Below, in pieces: positions 27,351 through 35,741 of a DNA stretch of 64,000 nucleotides; the first letter of the stretch is position 1, and each line of letters begins with the position of its first letter. A program made the position numbers and the translations under genes. The notes beneath the pieces are model-generated. The model did no database searches. It had not been told where the DNA came from and saw only the letters and a program-made list of their open reading frames with translations. Origin of the DNA: a virus. The stretch spans positions 32,001-96,000 of IMG/VR virus record IMGVR_UViG_3300045988_139474; one strand, given 5' to 3'.

Positions 27351-28169
27351 TTAAAGCTCTGAATTAGTCATGCTTGAGTCGATGTAATTCAGCACAGGCC
27401 GTCTCAGCTTCTCACTCACTGTACCAGAAGTCATCTCAGCTTGCTGTCCTGGTACAGGCTTGTCGCTTGAGGGCTTCTTGTAGTTGCGTTTGTTCTTCTG
27501 AGCTCGTTTGAACTCTTCCTTATCAATCCCTAGCTTCTTCTGCAAGTCCTCTTGAACTTCACCCCATGTAAGGGACTTACCCTCAGCCAGATAGCCGTCA
27601 TAGATTTTAGCATAAGTCTTAGACAGGCCTAAAGCAGGGTCAGACACTTTGATTTCTCGCAACAGTTTATCCTTGTCAACCAGGCCTGCTTTCATGTAGG
27701 TTACGAAGTCTGTCTGTGATTGAAGCTTCTGAGGAGCAGCAACCAGCCACATGAGTGCAAGGTCTAATGGCTGAGCAACTGGGACTTTGACTCCAAACAT
27801 CATGCGCGGTTTAGCTCGGTGAACGGCTGAGGCGTAAGGGTCAAAGCCGATATTGAACAGCAGGTCATAAGTCTTAGTCTTACCACCGCCTTGAGCAGCT
27901 TTCATCTGATACTGCCCAGCACCTACTTCCTTGAAGTCAAATTCGTCTGCTAAGGCTTCCATGACTTCATCTTCGTCTGAGATGACTAGCAAGTCTAGGT
28001 CTTGAGTTGCTCTCGGTTTGGGTGCATATTCGTTGTAGGCTAATCCACCCACGATACAGTACTCAAAGTCATTCTCAGTCATGACTGCTATCAGTCGCTT
28101 GAACTGGGACTTGAAGTCTTTGTAGCCTAATGCTTCATATGCTTTGAGTAGCTCGGCACTTCTGGACAT
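27351..28169 (-). CDS. Pol-beta-superfamily nucleotidyltransferase-fold protein with Lys-rich C-terminus
   Basis: IVGGLAYNEYAPKPRATQDLDLLV fits the hG[GS]-x9-14-DhDh minimal NTase signature. 272 aa. Confidence 0.45.
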   Translation of the reverse strand: MSRSAELLKAYEALGYKDFKSQFKRLIAVMTENDFEYCIVGGLAYNEYAPKPRATQDLDLLVISDEDEVMEALADEFDFKEVGAGQYQMKAAQGGGKTKTYDLLFNIGFDPYASAVHRAKPRMMFGVKVPVAQPLDLALMWLVAAPQKLQSQTDFVTYMKAGLVDKDKLLREIKVSDPALGLSKTYAKIYDGYLAEGKSLTWGEVQEDLQKKLGIDKEEFKRAQKNKRNYKKPSSDKPVPGQQAEMTSGTVSEKLRRPVLNYIDSSMTNSEL

Positions 28170-28256
28170 ACATTTCCTTTCAATTTTGAAAACTGGCTAA
28201 AATCGCCAAAATTAACGCGGTTAGAACGCTGCTTGGGCGAATGCTTGCTCAACTCG

Positions 28257-28640
28257 TTAAAAGTTGCTCTCGGTCGCTGCTAGGCCGTCTATTACGCGTT
28301 TGCGGTAAATCCTCATCACTCGGTCTTGAACAACGTCTCCGTGACAGGGATGAGGGCTACACCAGCAGAAAAGTCGGATATCATAGCCTTTCAGCAATTC
28401 TTCAACTAATCTACTGATAATCTTGTATTCTCTTGATTGGGTATCAGCCAGCTGCTTATCAAGATATTCAGCATACAAAGGGATACACTTGCCTCTTCCA
28501 TGTTCTTCAACAGTGAAAGGATTTCCTAAGCCTAATGCTTCATAAGGCGGTGTTGAGCCCCTTCCTATGTAATACTGTTTAACTTGAGGATTCTGGTCGT
28601 AGCTCATCTTGCGGATATTTTCAACTGTAATCCTGCTCAT
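28257..28640 (-). CDS. DUF4326-family protein
   Basis: YYIGRGS...LGNPF...Y..YL...RLFCWCSPHPCHGDV matches the DUF4326 pattern (Y.GR...GNPF...L.C.C.P..CHG.V). Confidence 0.7.
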   Translation of the reverse strand: MSRITVENIRKMSYDQNPQVKQYYIGRGSTPPYEALGLGNPFTVEEHGRGKCIPLYAEYLDKQLADTQSREYKIISRLVEELLKGYDIRLFCWCSPHPCHGDVVQDRVMRIYRKRVIDGLAATESNF

Positions 28641-28673
28641 ATTGTCCCTCCTTGAGTCTTGATATCTGTTCAG

Positions 28674-28689
28674 CCAATTCTAATTTTTC
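28674..28689 (-). promoter_or_regulatory. Class-2 intergenic motif
   Basis: Minus sense GAAAAATTAGAATTGGCTGAACAGATATCAAG, 34 nt upstream of start 28640. Confidence 0.45.
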
Positions 28690-29044
28690 AGTCAGTTCAG
28701 TCTCAGGTTTCGTGTTAACATGACTGATTGAGAGCTCAGTCAGCAGAAGGATGTATGATTGTTTTCATCTCTAGGCTGACCAATCATCAGTCAGCCAGAC
28801 GGTCTAAGCTAGGGATTTTCGGCTCATGACTGTTAGTTTCCTTGTTCTTCTGATTCTAGCCTGCTACTCACACACGCAGGCAGAACAGTCTCATGTTTTT
28901 CATTCTCATGGTTTGAGATTCTGTTTTCAATTTCATGATTTCAGCCTCATGGCTTGAGATTCTGTTTTCAATTTCATGATTTCAGTCTCATGGCTGTTTG
29001 TTAGATTGAGGATTTCTATGCATGACTGTTCTCAAGTCTCAAAG

Positions 29045-29210
29045 ATTAATTTATTAGTTATATAATACCTGTGGTGTTGATATTGTATCACATCTATGAC
29101 ATTGAAATCGTATATTTCGTGGATAACTCGTTGTAACTCAATAGAAATTTTTAGACAAAATCTTGGACTTATGTACGGAATCTTGGCGGGTACAGAATCT
29201 AGATTGCAGT
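29045..29210 (-). repeat. Promoter-bearing repeat module D
   Basis: Minus sense ...TTATCCACGAAATATACGATTTCAATGTCATAGATGTGATACAATATCAACACCACAGGTATTATATAAC. TACAAT at 29082-29087. Confidence 0.8.
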
Positions 29211-29424
29211 TTCTGTATCCCAGCAGCAAGATTCATCAGTCAATCATTGATTTCCCTCTAATTGCTCAAGCAAGGATTTCAGTTTGTTCCCTTCCTGCTG
29301 ACTCAGGCTCCATACGGTCGGAGAAAGCCTCAGCAGTCTCAAATTTCTGTTTTTCATGCTCATGGCTGTAAAGTCTCAATTCAGGGCTTGGTTGAGTGTT
29401 GAAGAGGGTGTCAGGGTTGTTATT

Positions 29425-29582
29425 CTTCTATTAGATAATATATAATCTGTGGTTGTGTATTTGTATCACATCTATGACATTGAAATCGTATATTTCGTGG
29501 ATAAGTTTCTAATAAATCAGGGGAATTTTTAGACAAAATCCTGTCTTTATGTTCCGATTCCCAGCCGTTACAAGATTCATAT
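29425..29582 (-). repeat. Promoter-bearing repeat module E
   Basis: Minus sense GAATCTTGTAACGGCTGGGAATCGGAACATAAAGACAGGATTTTGTCTAAAAATTCC...TTATCCACGAAATATACGATTTCAATGTCATAGATGTGATACAAAT. Confidence 0.8.
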
Positions 29583-29595
29583 TGCAAATCAGCAA

Positions 29596-29630
29596 TAAAA
29601 AAGCCCTGCTAGCATGAAACTAACAGGGCT
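29596..29630 (-). terminator. Intrinsic terminator after gene 29653-29943
   Basis: Minus sense AGCCCTGttagtttcatgctagCAGGGCT followed by TTTTTTATTG. Confidence 0.7.
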
Positions 29631-29652
29631 GGGGTTGGGGTATGACTGTAGG

Positions 29653-29943
29653 CTAACGGAACAGCTCAGGGTGAGCTATCTCAAGGTCGATACAAGTGTT
29701 GCGGTAGTCAGGGTCAATGAAGGCATCTACTGACTCATTGCCCTCTTCGTCCACGATTGTCCGTTTCAAGCCTAAGACTGCTGAGTGTGTATTATTCATG
29801 TAATACTCTTCCATTACAATCAGCTTCTCACCATCACGGGATTCCACTTGGTCTTGAGAAAACTCGCAGTCAAGATTGCCGGCATATCGCTCTAACTCGG
29901 AAAGCTCGCATTCTACCATCACGTCATCTAATTGCTCATCCAT
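29653..29943 (-). CDS. Hypothetical acidic protein (96 aa)
   Basis: ORF followed by a terminator. No motif recognised. Confidence 0.5.
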   Translation of the reverse strand: MDEQLDDVMVECELSELERYAGNLDCEFSQDQVESRDGEKLIVMEEYYMNNTHSAVLGLKRTIVDEEGNESVDAFIDPDYRNTCIDLEIAHPELFR

Positions 29944-29959
29944 GCTTACGCTCCGTTGA

Positions 29960-31105
29960 TTATTCAGGTTTACCTTCTACAACTTTACCAGAGTGTACAC
30001 CCAATACGGTATAAGCGCAAGTGCGGGCTTTCTGGCCGTTGTAGTCGGTCGGTACAGACACGAAGTCCTCAGGAGCAACAGACACCTCAAGGATTACGCT
30101 GTCTCGGCCACTGCCATATTGCTCAGCGTATTCCAACGCGCCGACATGTAAGCCATGAGAACAGGTCTGATCTGGGTCATCGTTGACTTCTTCACGCGGC
30201 ATGGTAATAGTTGCGCCGATTTTGTTCTTAATCTTGTTTGAGTACAAGTCATACAAGTCTGGTCGTACAGCCTTGTAAGCCAAGACTGAGCCGTCTTCAC
30301 GCAATTTGATACAGTTATGCTCCAAGAACATGAACAGGGTCTCAAACACGCGTTTGCTAGGGTTCTTCGCCAGACGGTTGAAGAAGGCAATCACTCGGTC
30401 GGAATCCTCAGGCTGAGAAGCCAGTACAGGTTTGATAGTGCTGTAAACTTCTTCAGGGACTTTCTTGTCTTGAATATACAATACGCCGTCTTTTACAACC
30501 CAGCCATCAATTCCTAAGCTGTCCGCAATTTCAGCGACTGTAGCGGATTCAAAGTAAACAGCCAATTGCTCAGGTTTGAAGTTTTCACTAGCAACCAATT
30601 CTTCAATCTCTTTGAATGATGGTTCAGCAGTCGTAAAGACTTTAGTGGCGATGTCTGAGCCTAATTCACGGAACAGGTACACGGTTGAGGTGAACATGCT
30701 GTAGGAATATTTCGGCTTTGGTGCGGCCTTTTTAGCCTTAGATTTTGCCTTCGGTTTTGCTTTAGATTTGGGCGCGGATTTGTCCTTGGTATTCCCTACA
30801 GAAGCCGTATTTTTGGCCTCAGAAGCTGAACGTTTTGTTGGGGCTTTACCAGCCACTTTTTTCGATTTAGTTGATTTTCGGGCTTTTGTAGGGCGGTCTG
30901 CTTTCGGTTTGTCGGGTGCTGGGGTATCAGCTGTTTCAGGGTTTTGTCGGGCTAACTCGGCATAACGGCGCAGGGAGCGGTCTGAAACGCCAGACTGCTC
31001 AACAAATTCTTTCTTGGTACCAGCTTCGACAGCCGCAATGTAATCACGGCCAAGCTGGATGCGTTGTTCAGTTGTTAATTTCATGGTGTTTTGTCCTTTG
31101 ATCAA
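29960..31105 (-). CDS. rIIB: rIIB-like protein with inserted Lys/Ala/Pro-rich segment
   Basis: N-terminal HTH-like EFVEQSGVSDRSLRRY. C-terminal NDDPDQTCSHGLHVGALEYAEQYGSGRDSVILEVSVAPEDFVSVPTDYNGQKARTCAY parallels T4 rIIB DDDTQTCSRGLHV...VHPRDVVSIPIDYNDAKMRTCQY (from memory). Lies next to rIIA. Confidence 0.7.
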   Translation of the reverse strand: MIKGQNTMKLTTEQRIQLGRDYIAAVEAGTKKEFVEQSGVSDRSLRRYAELARQNPETADTPAPDKPKADRPTKARKSTKSKKVAGKAPTKRSASEAKNTASVGNTKDKSAPKSKAKPKAKSKAKKAAPKPKYSYSMFTSTVYLFRELGSDIATKVFTTAEPSFKEIEELVASENFKPEQLAVYFESATVAEIADSLGIDGWVVKDGVLYIQDKKVPEEVYSTIKPVLASQPEDSDRVIAFFNRLAKNPSKRVFETLFMFLEHNCIKLREDGSVLAYKAVRPDLYDLYSNKIKNKIGATITMPREEVNDDPDQTCSHGLHVGALEYAEQYGSGRDSVILEVSVAPEDFVSVPTDYNGQKARTCAYTVLGVHSGKVVEGKPE

Positions 31106-31156
31106 GAGGATTATTCAACAGCCTCAATCTACAACAGACTGAGGCTCAGAATTCAG

Positions 31157-31375
31157 TTATGCGGGCTTGCAGATAGGAAACCAACGGTCATGTTTGGTGT
31201 CGTAGAATTTACCGTTATTCTGGAAGAACATAGCATTCGTTACAGCCAGAGGCGCATTCAGTTCACGGCGGTCTTTCAATTTTGCTAACGCCCAAGCTTT
31301 GAATTCATCGGTCAGGTCAGACACTTTGAGATTGAAGCTTTCGGCGATTTGGCGGAGGGTTGTTTGCGGTTTCAT
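31157..31375 (-). CDS. Hypothetical small protein (72 aa)
   Basis: Start trimmed to ATG 31375 (AAGGAAA SD). The track start 31435 lies inside a class-2 motif. Confidence 0.5.
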   Translation of the reverse strand: MKPQTTLRQIAESFNLKVSDLTDEFKAWALAKLKDRRELNAPLAVTNAMFFQNNGKFYDTKHDRWFPICKPA

Positions 31376-31431
31376 ATTGATTTCCTTTAAGTAGGTTGAG
31401 ATACCATGTTTATAAGCTGATATCTCAACCG

Positions 31432-31446
31432 CCAATCTTAATTTTC
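31432..31446 (-). promoter_or_regulatory. Class-2 intergenic motif
   Basis: Minus sense GAAAATTAAGATTGGCGGTTGAGATATCAGCTTATAAACATGG, 57 nt upstream of start 31375. Confidence 0.5.
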
Positions 31447-33375
31447 TGCTTTCTTAGTGACTTCTAAGCCGTGTTTGTCCATGTAGGTGTTGAAGCTTTC
31501 GGGCAGGTGTAGTCGGAGGACATTTTCAGGCTTCTTCACGTATTCTTTCAGCCATTCGGTCGCTTCAGCTACTGTTTTCTCAAAGTCGAAGCCAATCAAT
31601 TCGTCACGCATCGCAGTATGGTTTAGGCCGTCTGAATAGCAAGTCAGCATGAATTTGCTTCGCAGCAGAATGCTAAGATTGCCACGGATATGCCAAACAT
31701 CAATAGGCAGCTCAGGGACTAACTTCAGTAGCAGGTCTCCTGCATAGAAGCCTTTTGATTTTACAAACTCACGGTACTCGTTTGCATAAGGCTTCAAGTC
31801 AATATCCCGCAGATGTTTACCACCAATCTTAATCAGGGCTTCATGCATAGTCTTAGGGAATTCAATTTGAGTGAATCCCAAGTCTTTCAGCACTCTAGCT
31901 TTATCCCAGTCATATCTCGACATCTGCTTAGTTTCAGACGGCGCAAAGAAGAAAAAGCGTTTTGTGTCTCGGATGTACTCTGACCTGTTATTGCCGCAGT
32001 AGATTCGATTATTACGAATTTCAGCCACATAATCGGGCTTCGTCTCAGGCTTTAGTAAGGAACGGAACGCGCGCAATTCTTTCACGGCCTCGTCTTGCAG
32101 GACAACTTTCATCTCTGCAAAATCCTTCAACTCATTCCAATCTTCAGAAGTGCCCATGAGCAAGGTATCGTTTGCCCATACCGCACGAAAGCGTTTGAGG
32201 TCAGTCGATTTGGTGATTTTCTCGTTCAAGATGAAGATAGTGTCGCAGCCGTTTGCAACCTTACGCACCCATCTTTTTACAGTCATCTGGTTCACCTTTT
32301 CTTGAGATGAGTCGGTACAGATTTTCACGTTAGGCACTTGCATGCCTCCGCCCACGATTTCGGGTACATTGTAGATGCTCAACTCAAGTACAGAAGCAGC
32401 AGCTTCAATCGGCTTCTTGCCTTGAGATAGTCTTTCAATTTCTTCTGCAATAGCCTTATCAACGCGCGTCAGATACTCTTTCAGACGGCTTTGAGTAGTA
32501 GCATCTTCAGAGATTTCCTCACGGCCTGCGGTCAGGTCTAATTGACCGATAGGTACAAGGATGTTTATGCGGGCATTGATTCGTTTCAGATACTTGAATT
32601 CATCAAAAGCAGCCCATTTCAAAGGATACTCAACACCGCCGATGATAATGTAAATGCTATTGTGACTACCGTGATGGGACAGCGCATAGCCTTTGTCTTT
32701 CATTTCAGCGATAAGCTCGGAATTATCCTTAGCAAGCTCAAATTCTTCTTTCATTGAAATGCCGTTGTTCTCGACAATATGACGGAATTTGATAGGGCAT
32801 TCTGCAAACGGAACAGCATTCTTGCGGTTATCAAATTTCAAGACATCGTCAGCCTTAACAGGCACGGATACTTTCACACCATTCGGTTTGTCGGTCTTGT
32901 TTTTAGCCACAATAGTCAGAGTAGGAACACCATTCTCACCGATTGCGCAGATACCGATTACCTCAACGCCGTCTTTACGGCTCGTGATTGTAAATGCGTC
33001 AGTATAGCTGAATGGGCTTTTTGAGCCTAAGCCATAACCGCCAATCAATTCGTTGCTCTGGGTCTTGTTGCTTGAGAAGTAGGAAGTGTAAACCTCAAAC
33101 AATTCTGTTTCGGAAAGGCCTGTACCAAAATCTTCCACTTCAAAGTTCAAATAGTGTCGGGTCGGAATCGTAACAATGATAGGCTCTTTAGTGCCTGCTA
33201 CTTTATGTGAATCGACAGCATTGCTAATCAATTCGCGGATGATTGATGCGATTTTGTCCTTGTATAAGTTTGAGGACAGGATTTTGAAAGCCTTTGCGCT
33301 AGTAGCAATTGTAAATTCACCTACTTTGCCTGCAACAGTGTTGCTCTTCATTTGGTTAGTTTGAACTGGAATCAT
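31438..33375 (-). CDS. rIIA: rIIA-like protein with N-terminal GHKL ATPase domain
   Basis: [39 protein letters not shown] and [34 protein letters not shown] parallel T4 rIIA ([64 protein letters not shown], from memory). Confidence 0.85.
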   Translation of the reverse strand: [645 protein letters not shown]

Positions 33376-33426
33376 TTGAAGCCTCCTAGACTTAAAAGTG
33401 TTTGCTATAAGTTGTTATTTCGTGAA

Positions 33427-33442
33427 CCAGATTTAATTTTTA
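33427..33442 (-). promoter_or_regulatory. Class-2 intergenic motif
   Basis: Minus sense TAAAAATTAAATCTGGTTCACGAAATAACAACTTATAGC, 52 nt upstream of start 33375 and directly after a hairpin (33447-33476). Confidence 0.5.
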
Positions 33443-33485
33443 GCTAGAAGAAAGGCCTGAGCGGTTACTCAAGCCTTTCATGAAC

Positions 33486-33842
33486 TTACACCCAAAGAAT
33501 AGAATCAATAATGTAATCTTGCGGGTCAGATTTGCATTTTACCTTGAAGCCATCTGCCTCTAAGCGTTCAGCCAAGATTTTCAAATTAGCAATCGGTATA
33601 GAATTGATACATACTCGCGGTTTCACGTTGATATAGTATTCAGGTTCATCCAGAATCACCGCTGGCTCTTCAGGGTCATCTTGATAGAATACGTCCAAAC
33701 CGACTGAGCCTTTGCTTGAAACGTCCTTGATAATTTTTACAAGGCCTTCGTAAATATCGTCAACAGAAGTCGATGATGAAACAAATTTTTCGTAGTTAGC
33801 TCGCGCTTGTTCAGCGAGGGTCATAGGTTTAGTTTCGGACAT
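33486..33842 (-). CDS. Hypothetical protein, paralog family 1 (118 aa)
   Basis: Shares VKIIKDVSSKGSVGLDV and ERLEADGF with 33920-34291. Confidence 0.6.
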   Translation of the reverse strand: MSETKPMTLAEQARANYEKFVSSSTSVDDIYEGLVKIIKDVSSKGSVGLDVFYQDDPEEPAVILDEPEYYINVKPRVCINSIPIANLKILAERLEADGFKVKCKSDPQDYIIDSILWV

Positions 33843-33897
33843 TTTGTTACTCCTTGAAAAGTTGATTAGTGTGGATTGTAGGCTAATATCTTGTTAG

Positions 33898-33913
33898 CCT
33901 ATTTTAATTTTTC
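33898..33913 (-). promoter_or_regulatory. Class-2 intergenic motif
   Basis: Minus sense GAAAAATTAAAATAGGCTAACAAGATATTAGCCTACAAT, 56 nt upstream of start 33842. Confidence 0.5.
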
Positions 33914-33919
33914 GGCGGA

Positions 33920-34291
33920 TTATTCGTCAGCCCAGACAACACGGTCAATAATTGTACCGTAATCAGCATTAGTTACATATGAAACTAAGAAGCCATCTGC
34001 CTCTAAGCGTCTAGCAATCTCCCTATGATGGACTACAGGAGCGATATTGATATCAACGTCTGCGCAGTCAATGTGCCAAATATCAGCAGAGTTTTCACGG
34101 ACGGTTACTGCTGAAGTAGCAGTGTAGTCAGAATGGTGACGGATGTCTAAGCCGATTGCACCGCGTGAGGACACGTCTTTGATAATTTTTACCAGCATGT
34201 CGTAAACTTTGTCTGTGTACTCGTCTTTAAAATTATTGAGGTTGGTGAGGGCTTGATAGGCTAGGGATGCCTGCGGTGTCGCTTTTTCCAT
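33920..34291 (-). CDS. Hypothetical protein, paralog family 1 (123 aa)
   Basis: Start trimmed to ATG 34291 (TAGGAG SD). Shares VKIIKDVSSRGAIGLDI and RRLEADGF with 33486-33842. Confidence 0.6.
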   Translation of the reverse strand: MEKATPQASLAYQALTNLNNFKDEYTDKVYDMLVKIIKDVSSRGAIGLDIRHHSDYTATSAVTVRENSADIWHIDCADVDINIAPVVHHREIARRLEADGFLVSYVTNADYGTIIDRVVWADE

Positions 34292-34356
34292 TTTGTTGCT
34301 CCTAAAAGAGGGTTGAAAAGAATGATTGGGTTGTTTGTAAGCTGATATCCCGTGAG

Positions 34357-34372
34357 CCAATCTTAATTTTTA
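34357..34372 (-). promoter_or_regulatory. Class-2 intergenic motif
   Basis: Minus sense TAAAAATTAAGATTGGCTCACGGGATATCAGCTTACAAAC, 66 nt upstream of start 34291 and immediately after terminator 34385-34417. Confidence 0.55.
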
Positions 34373-34373
34373 G

Positions 34374-34417
34374 GGCAAAAGAAAAGCCCTGACTAGCTTT
34401 TCGGGCTAATCAGGGCT
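34374..34417 (-). terminator. Intrinsic terminator after gene 34477-34845
   Basis: Minus sense AGCCCTGAttagcccgaaaagctagTCAGGGCT followed by TTTCTTTTGCCC. Confidence 0.65.
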
Positions 34418-34476
34418 TGTAAACTCGTTAAGGCCGTCAATACGTTGTCCGCCGTATAGGCCGTCTTGAGTCTAGT

Positions 34477-34845
34477 TTAGGAGTAATACTCTTCATCACT
34501 TTCTTGCCATGAATCACGCTCATAGGCAATTGTTTCGCCGTCAGTAGTTGTGAAGAGTGTTAAGCCTTTCTTGGCGAATTTGTTCATAACCAGCTTCTCA
34601 GCCAACAACTCAAACTTGCTCCAACGCTCAGGATTGAAATCAAACTGGAAAGTGCCGTCAAACGTATCCCGATTAAATCGAATGTTGAGGCCTTTCAATT
34701 CTTTCTCAACAAAGTCGGCAGCTTGCTTGCTACCAGCGATGATGCCTGAGATTTTGCTACTAATATCCTCAGCATATGCCTCTTTCAACTCCAGCTTGCT
34801 CTTCAAGCTTTCGGCCAATTGTGCTGCTTTACTCATTGTGTTCAC
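34477..34845 (-). CDS. Hypothetical protein, paralog family 2 (122 aa)
   Basis: AAQLAESLKSKLELKEA...LKGLNIRFNRD parallels VTQLTESLKAKLTVQEA...LEALHVKFTRN of 34854-35183. Confidence 0.6.
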   Translation of the reverse strand: MNTMSKAAQLAESLKSKLELKEAYAEDISSKISGIIAGSKQAADFVEKELKGLNIRFNRDTFDGTFQFDFNPERWSKFELLAEKLVMNKFAKKGLTLFTTTDGETIAYERDSWQESDEEYYS

Positions 34846-34853
34846 CTTTCAAA

Positions 34854-35183
34854 TTACACTTGACGCCAATCACCATTCTTGAAAATGATGACTTCATCGT
34901 TAGCGGTCGTAAAGCTCGAAAGCCCTACAATTGCGAAGTCATTGGCGACCAATTTGTCAGCCAATGGTTTGAGTTTGCTGAATGGTTCAGGCTTGAAGCG
35001 GTATACAATATCATCACCCACTTTGTTTCGGGTGAACTTGACATGCAGGGCTTCTAATTCCTCGTCAACCAGATTAGCAATGATTTCAGACGCAACGTTG
35101 ATACCGACAATCTTGTCTGCAACGGCCTCTTGTACGGTCAACTTAGCTTTCAAGCTTTCCGTCAGCTGCGTTACTTTGCTCAT
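34854..35183 (-). CDS. Hypothetical protein, paralog family 2 (109 aa)
   Basis: See 34477-34845. Confidence 0.6.
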   Translation of the reverse strand: MSKVTQLTESLKAKLTVQEAVADKIVGINVASEIIANLVDEELEALHVKFTRNKVGDDIVYRFKPEPFSKLKPLADKLVANDFAIVGLSSFTTANDEVIIFKNGDWRQV

Positions 35184-35359
35184 TTCTTAGCTCGCAAACC
35201 CAGTTTCAAAGATTGAACGTCAGTGCCGTCTTCAGGCTTCTTGACTTTCTTCTCAGGGACACCAGGTGTTTTGTTATCCTTAGCACCCTTGTCCAAGACA
35301 ACGGATGCCTTGTTCATAGATTCGTCTGCACGAACCACTGCTTCTTGCAATTTACTCAT
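35180..35359 (-). CDS. Small Lys-rich protein (59 aa), below the ORF-track cutoff
   Basis: My translation gives MSKLQEAVVRADESMNKASVVLDKGAKDNKTPGVPEKKVKKPEDGTDVQSLKLGLRAKK. GAGGA SD, and an ATGA overlap with start 35183. Confidence 0.5.
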   Translation of the reverse strand: MSKLQEAVVRADESMNKASVVLDKGAKDNKTPGVPEKKVKKPEDGTDVQSLKLGLRAKK

Positions 35360-35433
35360 AAATTGTCCTCAGTTTAGTTTACAAATCAGGCGGTATTCCG
35401 CCGTTGTTGTAGCGTGATTGATAAGTGGCTATG

Positions 35434-35592
35434 CTATCCCTTAGCCTGCGTTGTAGCAGCTTTCGGTCTAGTCGATAGCTTGGAGGGCGTGTTACAGCCT
35501 CCGTTCTTCTCAATCACGCATGATTTACTCTTGGGAATGCCGTGCGCTTCTTGCAGTATCCCCAAGAGTGTTCTCAACCGTTCGATTTTCAT
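35434..35592 (-). CDS. Small protein (52 aa), below the ORF-track cutoff
   Basis: MKIERLRTLLGILQEAHGIPKSKSCVIEKNGGCNTPSKLSTRPKAATTQAKG. TGATG overlap with the preceding small ORF. Confidence 0.4.
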   Translation of the reverse strand: MKIERLRTLLGILQEAHGIPKSKSCVIEKNGGCNTPSKLSTRPKAATTQAKG

Positions 35593-35741
35593 CAATTGTA
35601 AGATTCTCCCTCAGCTGGCTTTGGTTTGAAGCCGTCTGGGATTTGAACTCGTTTCTTGACTACTTGAATCTCTGTCTCACCTGTATCAGGATTAACAACT
35701 TCAAGCTCTTCCAATCGCTCGGTTGTATTCGTGTTGTCCAT
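35592..35741 (-). CDS. Small acidic protein (49 aa), below the ORF-track cutoff
   Basis: MDNTNTTERLEELEVVNPDTGETEIQVVKKRVQIPDGFKPKPAEGESYN. AGGAG lies 9 nt upstream of ATG 35741. Confidence 0.4.
   Translation of the reverse strand: MDNTNTTERLEELEVVNPDTGETEIQVVKKRVQIPDGFKPKPAEGESYN

Noticed and set aside
28913-28994. CRISPR array.
   Set aside because: There are only two adjacent 41-bp copies with no spacers. The dispersed 150-bp modules are far too long and irregularly spaced. No cas genes are present in the window.
28760-29280. Hammerhead-type ribozyme suggested by CUGAUGA and GAAA words in the module D/E spacers.
   Set aside because: CUGAUGA sits inside a hairpin loop or lacks the G/C closing pairs. 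I could not draw stems I, II and III around the conserved core.
29032-29371. Track ORFs 29032-29229(-) and 29096-29371(+) as genes.
   Set aside because: Same situation. Both run through module D, the sequence is shared with other module copies, and no SD is present.
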